From a virus: a DNA stretch of 64,000 nucleotides. The notes under the pieces were generated by a model. That model made no database searches. It saw only the letters and a program-made list of their open reading frames with translations, and was not told where the DNA came from. The stretch is from the IMG/VR virus record IMGVR_UViG_3300019124_000103, positions 18,501 through 82,500 of that record; one strand, given 5' to 3'. The translations under genes and the position numbers were made by a program. Shown here piece after piece: positions 1-9,734 of this stretch (position 1 is its first letter; each line of letters opens with the position of its first letter).

Positions 1-1
1 T

Positions 2-697
2 GACCTGATCGAGCGACCGGACCAGTACGACCACGTGTGGGAGGGCGGCTACGCCACAGTGGTGGAGGGTGCTTACTACGCTGCTTCACTGACTGAGGCC
101 AAGGCCAAGGGTCGGATCGGGAAGGTTCCTGCCGACCCGCTGATGACGATTCGCCTGTTCGCCGACATCGGCGGAACGGGGGCAAGGGCGGACGCCTTCA
201 CCCTCTGGGCTGCGCAGTTCATCGGCCTGGAGATCCGGGTTCTCGACTACTACGAGGCGGTAGGGCAACCTTTGGCGGCGCACCTGGCGTGGTGTCGGGA
301 GCGTGGCTACACGCCGGACAAGGCGCAGTTCTGGCTTCCGCACGACGGGAGCACGCAGGACAAGGTCTACGACGTGTCCTACGAGTCCGCACTGAAAGCG
401 GCGGGCTACAAGGTCACGGTCGTACCGAACCAAGGCAAAGGGGCGGCGAAGGCGCGCATTGAAGCGGCCAGGCGCCTATTCCCGAGCATCTGGTTCAACG
501 CAGAGACAACGGAAGCCGGCCGGGCTGCGCTGGGCTGGTATCACGAGAAGCGAGACCAGGAACGCGACATCGGCCTGGGTCCGAATCACGACTGGTCAAG
601 CCACGGAGCAGACAGCTTCGGCCTGATGTGCGTGGTCTACGAGCCGCCGAAAGAGCTGAAGCCGCTGCCCCCCATCAAGCGACGTTTCGTCGTCTAA
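2..697 (+). CDS. terL: Terminase large subunit, C-terminal nuclease part (5' truncated by window)
   Basis: Frame open from base 2 (DLIERPDQYDHVWEG); motifs ADIGG, LPHDG and HDWSSHGADSF typical of the TerL RNase H-like domain; upstream of portal. Confidence 0.88.
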   Translation, partial: DLIERPDQYDHVWEGGYATVVEGAYYAASLTEAKAKGRIGKVPADPLMTIRLFADIGGTGARADAFTLWAAQFIGLEIRVLDYYEAVGQPLAAHLAWCRERGYTPDKAQFWLPHDGSTQDKVYDVSYESALKAAGYKVTVVPNQGKGAAKARIEAARRLFPSIWFNAETTEAGRAALGWYHEKRDQERDIGLGPNHDWSSHGADSFGLMCVVYEPPKELKPLPPIKRRFVV

Positions 698-699
698 AC

Positions 700-966
700 A
701 TGACCCTCGAAGACCAAATTGCGGCCCTGCTAGCAGAGGCCGAGCCGCTGCGTTGCCTGCCGGATGAAGAGGCCGAGGCCAAGGGTCTGCCTGCGCTGGT
801 GGATCGGATCAATGCGCTGCGCGTGCTGCAGGGTGAGCGCGCTGCGTTTATGGCATCGGTGGCCAGCCTGGAGCTGACCGAGGAGCGCGAGCAGGAAATC
901 GCCGCGCAAGTGCAACGGACCCAAGAGGCCAAGCGCCGCGGCCGCCCGCCCAAGGCAAAGGAGTGA
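700..966 (+). CDS. Hypothetical phage protein
   Basis: ATG right after terL stop; ends in KRRGRPPK motif. Confidence 0.6.
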   Translation: MTLEDQIAALLAEAEPLRCLPDEEAEAKGLPALVDRINALRVLQGERAAFMASVASLELTEEREQEIAAQVQRTQEAKRRGRPPKAKE

Positions 967-1178
967 CCATGCCCAAGTGCGACCTCTGCGAAGCGCAGGC
1001 CGTCTATCAGGACATTACCGGCGACTACTGCCACAAGCACAACGACGCCTTGCGCCCGGCCTATTTCCAACACTTGGATCGCGGCGGCAAGCCTGAATCG
1101 TGGCGCTCCAGCGCTGCGAAGCAAAAGGCAGTTGGCGCCCACCTGTTGCTGCGCAAAAGCGTCGGCCTGCCCGTATGA
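963..1178 (+). CDS. Small Cys/His-containing hypothetical protein
   Basis: CDLC...CHKH; GTGA overlap with previous gene. Confidence 0.5.
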   Translation: MTMPKCDLCEAQAVYQDITGDYCHKHNDALRPAYFQHLDRGGKPESWRSSAAKQKAVGAHLLLRKSVGLPV

Positions 1179-1199
1179 CTGTGCGCCAAGAGAACGTCA

Positions 1200-3353
1200 A
1201 TGTCTAAGATGTCCGACGATCAACTGTTGTCCCAGCTAGAGACGCTGGAGCGGCAGGCGACCGGCTTCTATGGCGGGGAAATCGCCAGCGAACAAGCGCG
1301 GGCGATGGACTATTACTTGGGTAAGCCCTTCGGCACAGAGGAAGAGGGCCGCTCGCAGGTCATCAGCTCGGACGTGTGGGATGTGGTCGAAGGACTCACG
1401 CCCATGGTTCTGAAGCCGTTTGTCGCATCTGAAGACGTGGTTCGCTTCCAGCCGATGGGGCCGGAAGACGAAGAGGCGGCAGAACAAGAGTCGGACTACA
1501 TCAACCATGTCGTTACCCAGAAGAACGACGTGTTTGAGCAGCTCGTCACCTGGGTTAAGACCGGCCTTCTGGCGAAAAACGGTGTCGTCAAATACTGGTG
1601 GGAGCAGTCTCGCCGCGTGGAGATCGAGCGCTATTACGGCCTGACCGACGACGAGATGGCGATGCTCGCGTCCGATGAGGACGTGGAGATCGTCGAGCAC
1701 ACCGAGAACCAGGCTGTCGAGGAAATCCCGCAGCCTGACGGCTCGGTGGTTCAGGCGCCCGTCTCGACTCACGATGTCACGCTGCGCATCACCCGCAGTC
1801 AGGGTGAGCCGCGTTACGAGGTGGTTCCGCCCGAGGAATTCCTGATCTCCCGGGACGCCCGTTCGGTCAACCCGAAGCACGCCCGCTTCGTCGAGCACAG
1901 AAAGCTCGTGACCCTCTCGGAACTCCGAGAGATGGGCTATGACGTGGACGACGACATCAACGACGGGGACACACAAGACCCGTCGATGTCGGAGCAGTAC
2001 CAGGCACGCCGGGAGACGGACGAACAGGGGTTCGGCGGGGAGGGTGAAGACCCGTCGCTAAAAGAGGTGGTTCTCCGTGAGGCGTATGTCCGCGTGGACT
2101 ACGACGGCGACGGCATCGCCGAGCTTCGGAAAATCTGCCGCGTGGGCCGGAAGATCCTGGCGAACGAGGAAACCGAAGAGATCCCGTTCTGCGCTTGGAC
2201 GCCTTACCAGCAGCCGTTCAAGTTCTACGGCCGGTCTCCAGCGGATGAGACCTGCGAAATCCAGTTGATCAAGAGCACGGTTCTCCGTCAGACGATGGAC
2301 AACCTCTACACGATCAACAACAACCGCAACTTCGTCTCGGACAAGGTCAACCTCGACGACCTTCTGGATAACCAGATCGCCGGGGTGGTTCGGGTTCAGG
2401 GCGACAACGTGGGCTCGCATGTGATGCCGGCCCCGATCACGCCCATCGGGAACATCACGCTGCCCATCGTCGAGTATTTCGACAGCGCAAAAGAGAACCG
2501 CACCGGCTTCACCCGCTACAACCAAGGCACTGACTCCAACAGCCTGAACAAGACGGCTACGGGTGTTCGACTGATCACTGAGGCGGGGAACCAGCGGGTG
2601 GACATCATCGCCCGCAGCTTCGCTGAAACCGGCCTGAAGCAGCTGATGCTGGGCATTCACGGGTTGTGCCGCCGTCACTCGACCAAGGCCGAGGTGACGC
2701 GGCTACGGGGTAAGTGGGTGCAGATCGACCCGCGGTCGTGGAAGACCCGCTACGACATGACCGTCAGCGTGGGTCTCGGGTCTGCAGACAAACAAATGCA
2801 GCTCCAGGGCATCCAGATGCTGATGATGGAGCAGAAAGCCCTCGCTCAAGCGGGCATCGTCCAGCCGAAGAACTTCTACGCAGCCGCAGCCAAGATGGCC
2901 GAGGCGGTGGGCTACAAGAACCCCGAACAGTTCTTCACCCCACCCCCGGAAGAACCGACGCCTCCGCCCGATCCTCGGGACGATCCGCAGTTCATCCTGG
3001 AAGCAACCAAGCTCCAGCACGATGAGGCTCGATTGAGGCTTGAGGCCATCAAGGCAGAGAAGCAATACGAGATTGACCGCATGGTCGCGGAGACGGGCGC
3101 CTCAAAGGCAACGGCCGAGATCGCGCTTAAAGCAGAACTGCAGGGCCACAACATGCAACTGCAGATCCTGCAGGCGCTGCAATCGCTCCAGCAGTCTCAA
3201 CACGACATGCAAAGAGCCCTGGCTGAGATGCAGATGAAGGCCCAAGGCCAGGCACACAGCCAGGCGATGGCAGAACACGGCGCTGCTTTGTCGGAGCAGC
3301 AGATGCACGCACAAGCGATGGCCGAACAAGCGGGGTCCGATGGACAAGCATGA
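1200..3353 (+). CDS. Portal protein (podovirus/P22-like), unit 1
   Basis: 717 aa after terL; GRSQVISSDVWD, DYDGDGIAE and TATG motifs; Gln-rich coiled-coil C-terminus. Confidence 0.88.
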   Translation: MSKMSDDQLLSQLETLERQATGFYGGEIASEQARAMDYYLGKPFGTEEEGRSQVISSDVWDVVEGLTPMVLKPFVASEDVVRFQPMGPEDEEAAEQESDYINHVVTQKNDVFEQLVTWVKTGLLAKNGVVKYWWEQSRRVEIERYYGLTDDEMAMLASDEDVEIVEHTENQAVEEIPQPDGSVVQAPVSTHDVTLRITRSQGEPRYEVVPPEEFLISRDARSVNPKHARFVEHRKLVTLSELREMGYDVDDDINDGDTQDPSMSEQYQARRETDEQGFGGEGEDPSLKEVVLREAYVRVDYDGDGIAELRKICRVGRKILANEETEEIPFCAWTPYQQPFKFYGRSPADETCEIQLIKSTVLRQTMDNLYTINNNRNFVSDKVNLDDLLDNQIAGVVRVQGDNVGSHVMPAPITPIGNITLPIVEYFDSAKENRTGFTRYNQGTDSNSLNKTATGVRLITEAGNQRVDIIARSFAETGLKQLMLGIHGLCRRHSTKAEVTRLRGKWVQIDPRSWKTRYDMTVSVGLGSADKQMQLQGIQMLMMEQKALAQAGIVQPKNFYAAAAKMAEAVGYKNPEQFFTPPPEEPTPPPDPRDDPQFILEATKLQHDEARLRLEAIKAEKQYEIDRMVAETGASKATAEIALKAELQGHNMQLQILQALQSLQQSQHDMQRALAEMQMKAQGQAHSQAMAEHGAALSEQQMHAQAMAEQAGSDGQA

Positions 3354-3618
3354 ACAAGCGGTGATGCGCGGTGAAGAGGCCCAGCGGCTTCTGAACAGCG
3401 AGATGCTGCAACAGGCGTTCTCTGACACCCGCTCCGCGATCCTAGAAGCGTGGTCAAAGCTGCCCACGAGTGACACCGAGAACGCAAAGGATCTGCATCG
3501 CATGGTCAAGCTCTTGGACCGCGTACAGACGTGCATTCGAGAGCATGTGGCGACCGGAAAGATCGCCCAGAAGCAGATCGAACAGGTGTCGAAACCCAGC
3601 ATTTGGCGGCGAGGGTGA
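3340..3618 (+). CDS. Small conserved portal-adjacent protein
   Basis: Overlaps portal stop; helical 92 aa ORF in the usual position. Confidence 0.7.
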   Translation: MDKHEQAVMRGEEAQRLLNSEMLQQAFSDTRSAILEAWSKLPTSDTENAKDLHRMVKLLDRVQTCIREHVATGKIAQKQIEQVSKPSIWRRG

Positions 3619-3935
3619 TGAAGAAGCTATCGCTGCGCCCGTACAACGGCAACCTGTTCGTCTGCCGGACGCAGGCGGACTACCTCCGCTCGCACGCCCG
3701 CGTGTTCCGTACCCCGGATGTCCTTACCTGCGCGACGGAAGGCCGTTTCGCGGGGGGCGAGGGGCACGACGGCATTTGGACCTACCTTGTGTGGGCAGAG
3801 AAGCCGCACACCTTAGCTCACGAGCTTTCGCATGTGGTGTTGCACCTCTTCGAGCGCTGCGGGATCGATCCGCGTGAGGCAGGCGGCGAACCCTTCTGCT
3901 ACATGCTCTCCCAGCTGATGCTGGAGGCCAACTAA
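3618..3935 (+). CDS. HEXXH-motif hypothetical protein
   Basis: TGATG coupling; TLAHELSHVVLH followed by a downstream Glu (EPFCY). Confidence 0.65.
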   Translation: MKKLSLRPYNGNLFVCRTQADYLRSHARVFRTPDVLTCATEGRFAGGEGHDGIWTYLVWAEKPHTLAHELSHVVLHLFERCGIDPREAGGEPFCYMLSQLMLEAN

Positions 3936-3967
3936 CAAGCCGCTGGCGACCCGCCAGCATCCCCCGA

Positions 3968-3993
3968 AGCCCGCCACTGAGCGGGCTTTTTCA
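3968..3993 (+). terminator. Rho-independent terminator-like hairpin
   Basis: AAGCCCGC-cactga-GCGGGCTT followed by TTT. Confidence 0.65.
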
Positions 3994-4009
3994 TTTCTGG
4001 AGTTAACGC

Positions 4010-4972
4010 ATGAGTGAAGTGCCGACCCCGGAGACTCAGAACCCGCAAGGGGAACCTGACGATTCGGGAAGCCTTGACGCAGCGGCAGCCGCTTTCGCGG
4101 CACGCGTGGAGCCTGAAGAGGCCCCCAAATCATCTAACGAGGAAGCCGATCCGGACCCCGAGTCCGCAGAGGAATCGACCGAGGAAGCCGACGAGGCCGA
4201 CCCTCAGGAAGAGGACGAAGCGGGTGAACTCGTGGAGGTGGAAATTGACGGCGTGAAGGTCAGCCTCCCACCTGACCAGGCCGACAAGCTTCAAAAAGGC
4301 TATCTCCGCCAGTCCGACTACTCGCGTCGCATGAACGAGGTGACGGAGAAGGAGAAAGCCTACACGCAGCGCATCGAGATCGCCGAAAAGCTGGTCGAGG
4401 GTGCCGAGAAGTACGCCAAGGCTCTTGCCGAGGTGAACAGCATCGACGCCGAGATCAAGCAATTCGAGTCGGTCAACTGGCAGCAGCTCGAAAGAGAAGA
4501 CCCCTCGCGGGCCTCTCTGATGGCTGTGAAGCTGATGCGCCTGCAACAAGCCCGACAGGACGCGGTGAACCAAGCTCAAAGCGTGGACCGCGAGATCGCA
4601 GAACACCGAATGAAGGACATCGACGCCAAGCGGGCCGAGATGGACAAGGTGTTGCGCAAGGAACTGAAGGGCTGGGGTGACGAACTGGGAGTGGAGATCA
4701 CGAAGTACGCCCTTGATACGGGCTGGACTCGTGAAGCTCTGTCGTCGCTCACCGATCCGCAAGTGGTGATCGCTTTGGACAAGGCCCGTCGTTTCGACGC
4801 TCTGCAAAAGAGCAAGGAAACCATCAAGGCCAAGGCCAAGGAAGCACCTCCTGTCGTGAAGCCTGGAGCTTCAAGGCCTTCGGTTGACAAGAAAACCGAG
4901 GCCATGAGCCGGCTTCGCAAATCTGGCTCTATGGACGACGCAGAAGCGGCGTTCCTCGCAAGGATGAATTGA
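4010..4972 (+). CDS. Capsid scaffolding protein, unit 1
   Basis: Acidic N-terminus, GYLRQSDYSR motif, coiled coil; directly upstream of capsid gene. Confidence 0.85.
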   Translation: MSEVPTPETQNPQGEPDDSGSLDAAAAAFAARVEPEEAPKSSNEEADPDPESAEESTEEADEADPQEEDEAGELVEVEIDGVKVSLPPDQADKLQKGYLRQSDYSRRMNEVTEKEKAYTQRIEIAEKLVEGAEKYAKALAEVNSIDAEIKQFESVNWQQLEREDPSRASLMAVKLMRLQQARQDAVNQAQSVDREIAEHRMKDIDAKRAEMDKVLRKELKGWGDELGVEITKYALDTGWTREALSSLTDPQVVIALDKARRFDALQKSKETIKAKAKEAPPVVKPGASRPSVDKKTEAMSRLRKSGSMDDAEAAFLARMN

Positions 4973-4973
4973 A

Positions 4974-5924
4974 ATGGCTGTTCCAACCAATACCCTGCAG
5001 ACTTACCAGTCTTCGTACAACGCCGAGGATGTCACCGACATCATCATGAACATCAGCCCGGTGGACACGCCGCTGCTGACGATGGCGAAGAAGGGCGAAG
5101 CTGAAGCCACCTACACCGAGTGGCCGATTGAATCGCTGGCTGCCGCTGACGGCACGAACGCGAACATCGAAGGCGACGACGCGACCACGGACGCTTCGAC
5201 GACCCCCAGCCGTGTGGGCAACTACACGCAGCTGGTGGATAAGGTGTTCCAAGTCTCCACGACTCAGGACGCGATCAAGAAGTACGGCGCCAAGAACGAA
5301 TTCGCCCGCCAGAAGGCCAAGAAGGGCAAAGAGCTGAAGCGCGACATGGAAACCATCATGTTGCGCAACCAGGCGCGTGTGGTGGGTGCCGCTGGTGTCG
5401 CTCAGTTGATGCGCGGTCTGCCGTCTTGGTACGCGACCAACGCCAACCGCGGCGCCGGTGGTGCGAACGGTTCGGCCTCCACGGCTGCGACCGATGGCAC
5501 TCAGCGCAACTTCACCGAAGCGCTGTTCCGCGCCACGCTGGTGACGGCGATCACCAACGCCAACGAGCTGCCCTCGGTGGTGATGGCTGGCCCCGCCAAC
5601 CGCGCCAACCTCTCGACCCAACTGTCCGGCAACTCGACTCGTTTCTACGAGTTGAAGGACGGCCAGCTGAATGCGTCGATCTCGGTGTATCGCTCCGACT
5701 ACGGCCCGCTGAAGTTCGTGATGAACCGCTTCCAGCGGGAGCGGGACATGCACTTCATCAACCCGGATTACTTGCAGATCCGGACGCTGGAGCCGATGCA
5801 GTACCAAGACCTGGCGAAGACCGGTCTGTCGCGCCGCGGCCAGATGTGGACCAACTTTACGTTGGCCGTGCTGAACGAGGGCGCCCACGCTGTTCTCGCT
5901 GACTTGAACACCGCTGTTCTGTAA
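4974..5924 (+). CDS. Major capsid protein (DUF5309/SU10-like), unit 1
   Basis: EDVTDIIMNISPVDTP, RVGNYTQ and ELKRDME motifs; biased codon use; follows scaffold. Confidence 0.85.
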   Translation: MAVPTNTLQTYQSSYNAEDVTDIIMNISPVDTPLLTMAKKGEAEATYTEWPIESLAAADGTNANIEGDDATTDASTTPSRVGNYTQLVDKVFQVSTTQDAIKKYGAKNEFARQKAKKGKELKRDMETIMLRNQARVVGAAGVAQLMRGLPSWYATNANRGAGGANGSASTAATDGTQRNFTEALFRATLVTAITNANELPSVVMAGPANRANLSTQLSGNSTRFYELKDGQLNASISVYRSDYGPLKFVMNRFQRERDMHFINPDYLQIRTLEPMQYQDLAKTGLSRRGQMWTNFTLAVLNEGAHAVLADLNTAVL

Positions 5925-5942
5925 AGAGCGGGTGTTCCCAAC

Positions 5943-5975
5943 AAGGGGAGTCCTTCGGGGCTCCCCTTTTCTTTT
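5943..5975 (+). terminator. Terminator after capsid gene
   Basis: AAGGGGAGTCC-TTCG-GGGCTCCCCTT followed by TTCTTTT. Confidence 0.8.
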
Positions 5976-5985
5976 GGTGTGACGT

Positions 5986-6339
5986 ATGGCTGAACGCGAG
6001 TATCTGGGCGGCGTGACGAACACGACGCTTCACTTTGAAGACGACAAGATGATCGTCGAAGAGGTGGTGGACGCAGAGCCGATCCTCGACTTCGCCCATG
6101 CGGCGCGCAACCATCGCTTCTCTGCCGATGTGTGCGACGGGATGATGCGCCACGAGGCGGAAATCCCCTGGCCGGTCTTCATCGAGGAATGCCGTAAGCG
6201 CGGGCTTCCCCCGACCATCTTTGGGTCTGAGCTGGGCGATATGGTCATCGACTCCATCGTCAACGACCCGCAATACGCGAAGTTCCGCACCGCTCCGACT
6301 CAACGCGACGCCCGCGTGCGCATCAAGGGGGCTCGGTAA
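5986..6339 (+). CDS. Conserved virion-cluster hypothetical protein
   Basis: 117 aa; TAATG coupling to next gene. Confidence 0.65.
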   Translation: MAEREYLGGVTNTTLHFEDDKMIVEEVVDAEPILDFAHAARNHRFSADVCDGMMRHEAEIPWPVFIEECRKRGLPPTIFGSELGDMVIDSIVNDPQYAKFRTAPTQRDARVRIKGAR

Positions 6340-8516
6340 TGCAGCAGTACCGCAACAGCGTCCGTACGCTGTACGGGCGAGCCGTGCCCGGCGCGAGCAT
6401 CACGGTGCGGCGGTCAGATGGGTCGCTAGCGACGATCTACAACGACAACGGCATCACGCCTCGCGGTAACCCCTTCGCTGCTGGTCAGGACGGGGAATAC
6501 AGCTTCTACGCTGAGAACGGGCGCTATTCCATCACCGTAGTGGCGGCTGGTTATGCCACCGAGACGATTGCCGACGTTCTTCTGCACGACCCCAAAGACG
6601 TTCACGTCTTCGTCGAGGACTTCGGGGCCAAGGGTGACAACGTCACCGACTCGACAACGGCGATTCGCAACGCTTATGCGGCCTTGGTCGCCAAGGGTGG
6701 CGGGACGCTGCATTTCGGGATGGGGCGGTTTATCGTCACCGGTGAACTGAACTTCTATCGCGCCTCGTCCACGAAGATTCCGCTTGTGATCAAGGGGTCC
6801 GACCAACTGACCACGACCATTGTGGCGGGGTTCTATGGTGCGGGCTCGGCGGTGTTCAAGTTCCAGAACGGCACCACGACCCGATGCGCAGCCACCTCGG
6901 TCATGGATCTGGGGTTCGCGTGTCAATCGACCTCGGGCGGCATCAACCCAGTGTTTATCGATGGGTTCCTGGGTGAATCGAACCTCGACCGGGTGAAGTG
7001 CGGTTCATCGAACAACACTCACGTTCGCCTCTGGTCCACTCAAAACCTCCGCTCCACAGGGCTAAAGAGCTTCTACGGCGGTCGTCACTTCAACTACAAG
7101 TCAACCGCTGGTCTCCTGTTCGACGTGGAGACGACGGGCAAGACCATCACCTGCACGAACGGAACGCCGTTCAGCGCTTCGGACGTGGGGAAGTACTTCT
7201 TCATCTTCCCGAGCGATCCGACCCGGCGAATCCGCTACACGATCAGCTCGTATGTCAGCCCGACGCAGGTTGTCTACTCCAACGCAACGGGCCTGACGCA
7301 AACCGGCGCCTTCGGTCATTTCGAGCCTGCACGTGCGGCGATGACCAGCGGGTCGAACGTCCTGACGGCTAATAGCAATTGCTTCACCAGCGACATGGTG
7401 GGGCTGGTGGTCTACGTTCGGCGGGCTCGGGCCGGGTCGTTCGGTGATGGGCTGTTGCGTGGGCAGATCACGTCGTACCTGGCGCCCAACCAAGTAACGC
7501 TGGATCAGAGCTGCAGCAACACGATCACCGACGAGTTTTTCGCGGTGGCGACGCTCGACATGGGCCAGGTGCCCGGGACAGCAGCATCGTCGGACGTGAA
7601 GATCGACAAGTTGCACATCGAGCATTACGACGGTGTGGCGCTGATCTGCCAGAACACCAACAGCTACAACATCGCGGGGAAGCTGCACGGCGAAACCCGG
7701 TCCAGCGACCACGCGAAGTCGATGTCGGCGATGTGGCTGGACGACGTAGGCGGCGATTTCGAGATCGACCTCGATTCATCCTGCACGATGGCCGATAGCC
7801 GGATCTACGCGTCGAACTTCAACGACTGCGTTCGGCTCCACAACGTCGATACCCGCGGCGTGATCCACGGCGAGGTGATCCGCACCGAGCGCTTCACCGA
7901 TCCGGGCGGATATCTGGTGGTCGAGAACGTCAACAGCACGATCGATTTCCCGTCGCCTGAATCGATGTTCATCGACGGAAACGCGGTGGTCGATCCCACC
8001 GACCCCCGTCTGGTGATGACCGGCTTCTGGAACATGCTCGGCGACTCCCAAAAGGGGCGCGTGTATGTGGGCCGAAGCTATTTCATGCCGGATGGGACGT
8101 TCGTTCCTGCCCAGCGATTGGGGGACTCGGCTTTCACCGGCACGATTGCGTGGGACGGGACAGCGCCGAGTAATCCCACTTCTCTGCGGTACCGCTGGGA
8201 GCGTGTCGGGTCGTTGGTCCGTGCGGATTTCCGCCTGGAGTACGGCACGCCAGGGGCGACCAACACGGTCGTGACGCTGACGCTTCCCACGAGCATGCCG
8301 GCGCCGGTGTTCATGTCGGGGACGGGAACAAATGAGCTGGTCGCCGTGCCGATCACGGGCCACATCGCCACCGCTCCTTCGGGTGCGGTGCCGGCGTTGG
8401 TGAAGGCCTATGTGGTTCGGAGCGGGTCAGACACCCAGCTGAAGGTGACGCTCAACAGCGGCAGCGTCAGTGCCGGTTATGCGGCTTTCTCTGTCACGTA
8501 TTGGGCGGCAGCATGA
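6339..8516 (+). CDS. Tailspike/tail fibre protein with pectate-lyase-like N-terminal motif
   Basis: N-terminal head-binding-like segment (NPFAAGQDGEYSFYA) then VEDFGAKGDNVTDSTTAI; beta-rich. Confidence 0.75.
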   Translation: MQQYRNSVRTLYGRAVPGASITVRRSDGSLATIYNDNGITPRGNPFAAGQDGEYSFYAENGRYSITVVAAGYATETIADVLLHDPKDVHVFVEDFGAKGDNVTDSTTAIRNAYAALVAKGGGTLHFGMGRFIVTGELNFYRASSTKIPLVIKGSDQLTTTIVAGFYGAGSAVFKFQNGTTTRCAATSVMDLGFACQSTSGGINPVFIDGFLGESNLDRVKCGSSNNTHVRLWSTQNLRSTGLKSFYGGRHFNYKSTAGLLFDVETTGKTITCTNGTPFSASDVGKYFFIFPSDPTRRIRYTISSYVSPTQVVYSNATGLTQTGAFGHFEPARAAMTSGSNVLTANSNCFTSDMVGLVVYVRRARAGSFGDGLLRGQITSYLAPNQVTLDQSCSNTITDEFFAVATLDMGQVPGTAASSDVKIDKLHIEHYDGVALICQNTNSYNIAGKLHGETRSSDHAKSMSAMWLDDVGGDFEIDLDSSCTMADSRIYASNFNDCVRLHNVDTRGVIHGEVIRTERFTDPGGYLVVENVNSTIDFPSPESMFIDGNAVVDPTDPRLVMTGFWNMLGDSQKGRVYVGRSYFMPDGTFVPAQRLGDSAFTGTIAWDGTAPSNPTSLRYRWERVGSLVRADFRLEYGTPGATNTVVTLTLPTSMPAPVFMSGTGTNELVAVPITGHIATAPSGAVPALVKAYVVRSGSDTQLKVTLNSGSVSAGYAAFSVTYWAAA

Positions 8517-9190
8517 CGGTCCTACTGAGTTCCGCGGATGTCCCGCCGCGAATCACCAGCTTCTCGGGGCTGCTGGAGGCGCTGACCCGCCTGATCGACG
8601 GTGAAGACACGTCGGTCTCCGATGTGTCGGTCAACACGCTCAAGCAGATCGTCAACATGGGCGAACGCCGGATCTACCGGGAAGTTCGCTCACGCCACAA
8701 CGAAAAAGCGTTCTCCGGCATCACGGTCGTGGACAACGAAGCCCCGATTCCCCCGGATTGGGAGGCTGCATCCATCGTGCATTTCGGGGGTAAGGCGCTC
8801 GCCCCGGTCGCTGAAGAGTGGCTTCGGGAGTACCTGGAGCGCGGGGCGACGGGGCCTGCCGTTTACTTCGCTGAAGCGGGGTCCAGCCTGATCTTTGCGC
8901 CCTCGGTCAGTGACGACACCGAGGTGAAGGGGCGCTATTACTGCCGGCTCCCCGACCTGACGACGGAGAACTTCTCCAGCAATCAGCTCTTTGCCGCGGA
9001 AAGCGACCTCTTCATCTACGCAGCCCTTGCGGAGAGCGGCCCGTACTTCGGCGCCGATCACATGCAGAAGATTCCCTTCTGGGAGCAGAAGTACCAGGCG
9101 GTCCGGGACCGCATCAACACGAACAAACAGCGCGCCGCGTACTCCGCTGGTCGGATGCAAGTGCGCCCGTCTACCAACTTGATGGGGTAA
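8513..9190 (+). CDS. Head-tail adaptor / tail tubular protein A-like
   Basis: GERRIYREVR and DLFIYAALAES motifs typical of podovirus adaptor proteins. Confidence 0.65.
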   Translation: MTVLLSSADVPPRITSFSGLLEALTRLIDGEDTSVSDVSVNTLKQIVNMGERRIYREVRSRHNEKAFSGITVVDNEAPIPPDWEAASIVHFGGKALAPVAEEWLREYLERGATGPAVYFAEAGSSLIFAPSVSDDTEVKGRYYCRLPDLTTENFSSNQLFAAESDLFIYAALAESGPYFGADHMQKIPFWEQKYQAVRDRINTNKQRAAYSAGRMQVRPSTNLMG

Positions 9191-9193
9191 TCA

Positions 9194-9733
9194 ATGCCAA
9201 CCGTAGCAGCAGGAAGCACGGCAAGCCATACGTTTACAGCGCCGGCCACCGTGGTGATCACGTTTGACCCTAACGAAGAGGCGGTGGTGGCGGTATCTCG
9301 TGGGGGGCGCCCTCTGTTCGGTCAGCGGATGGCAACAAGTCGATCAGTCGGGCCGTTCCAGACGGGCGACGTGTTGACCTTGACGGCTTCGCGCGGCGCT
9401 GTGGATTACGAAGTGTTTCCGTATGTGGCGCCGGCGGCCGGTACGGTTGTTTCGGCGCCGCGGACCATCACCGGCGCCGGCCCCGCGGGCGAGGTGATCA
9501 ATGTGGCGTCTGTGAGCGGGGTCATGACCCTATCACGAGGGGCTGTAGATAACACCGTCACTCAAGCGCAGCTGGAGGTGGTGGACGCTGCAACGTCCGT
9601 GCCCTTCGGCTTTCTGGGCTATCCGGGGCCGTCCGTTCGTCGCTTTCAAAAGCCGGCAGGCGTGGTTTCGGCCCGCATCAACGTTACGTCGTTCTCTGGT
9701 ACGGGTTCGATGCTGGTGAATCTGGAGGGTTGA
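9194..9733 (+). CDS. Virion structural protein, beta-rich
   Basis: 179 aa, Thr/Val/Ala-rich, in tail cluster; resembles N-terminus of 47107 ORF in position and style. Confidence 0.6.
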   Translation: MPTVAAGSTASHTFTAPATVVITFDPNEEAVVAVSRGGRPLFGQRMATSRSVGPFQTGDVLTLTASRGAVDYEVFPYVAPAAGTVVSAPRTITGAGPAGEVINVASVSGVMTLSRGAVDNTVTQAQLEVVDAATSVPFGFLGYPGPSVRRFQKPAGVVSARINVTSFSGTGSMLVNLEG

Positions 9734-9734
9734 C

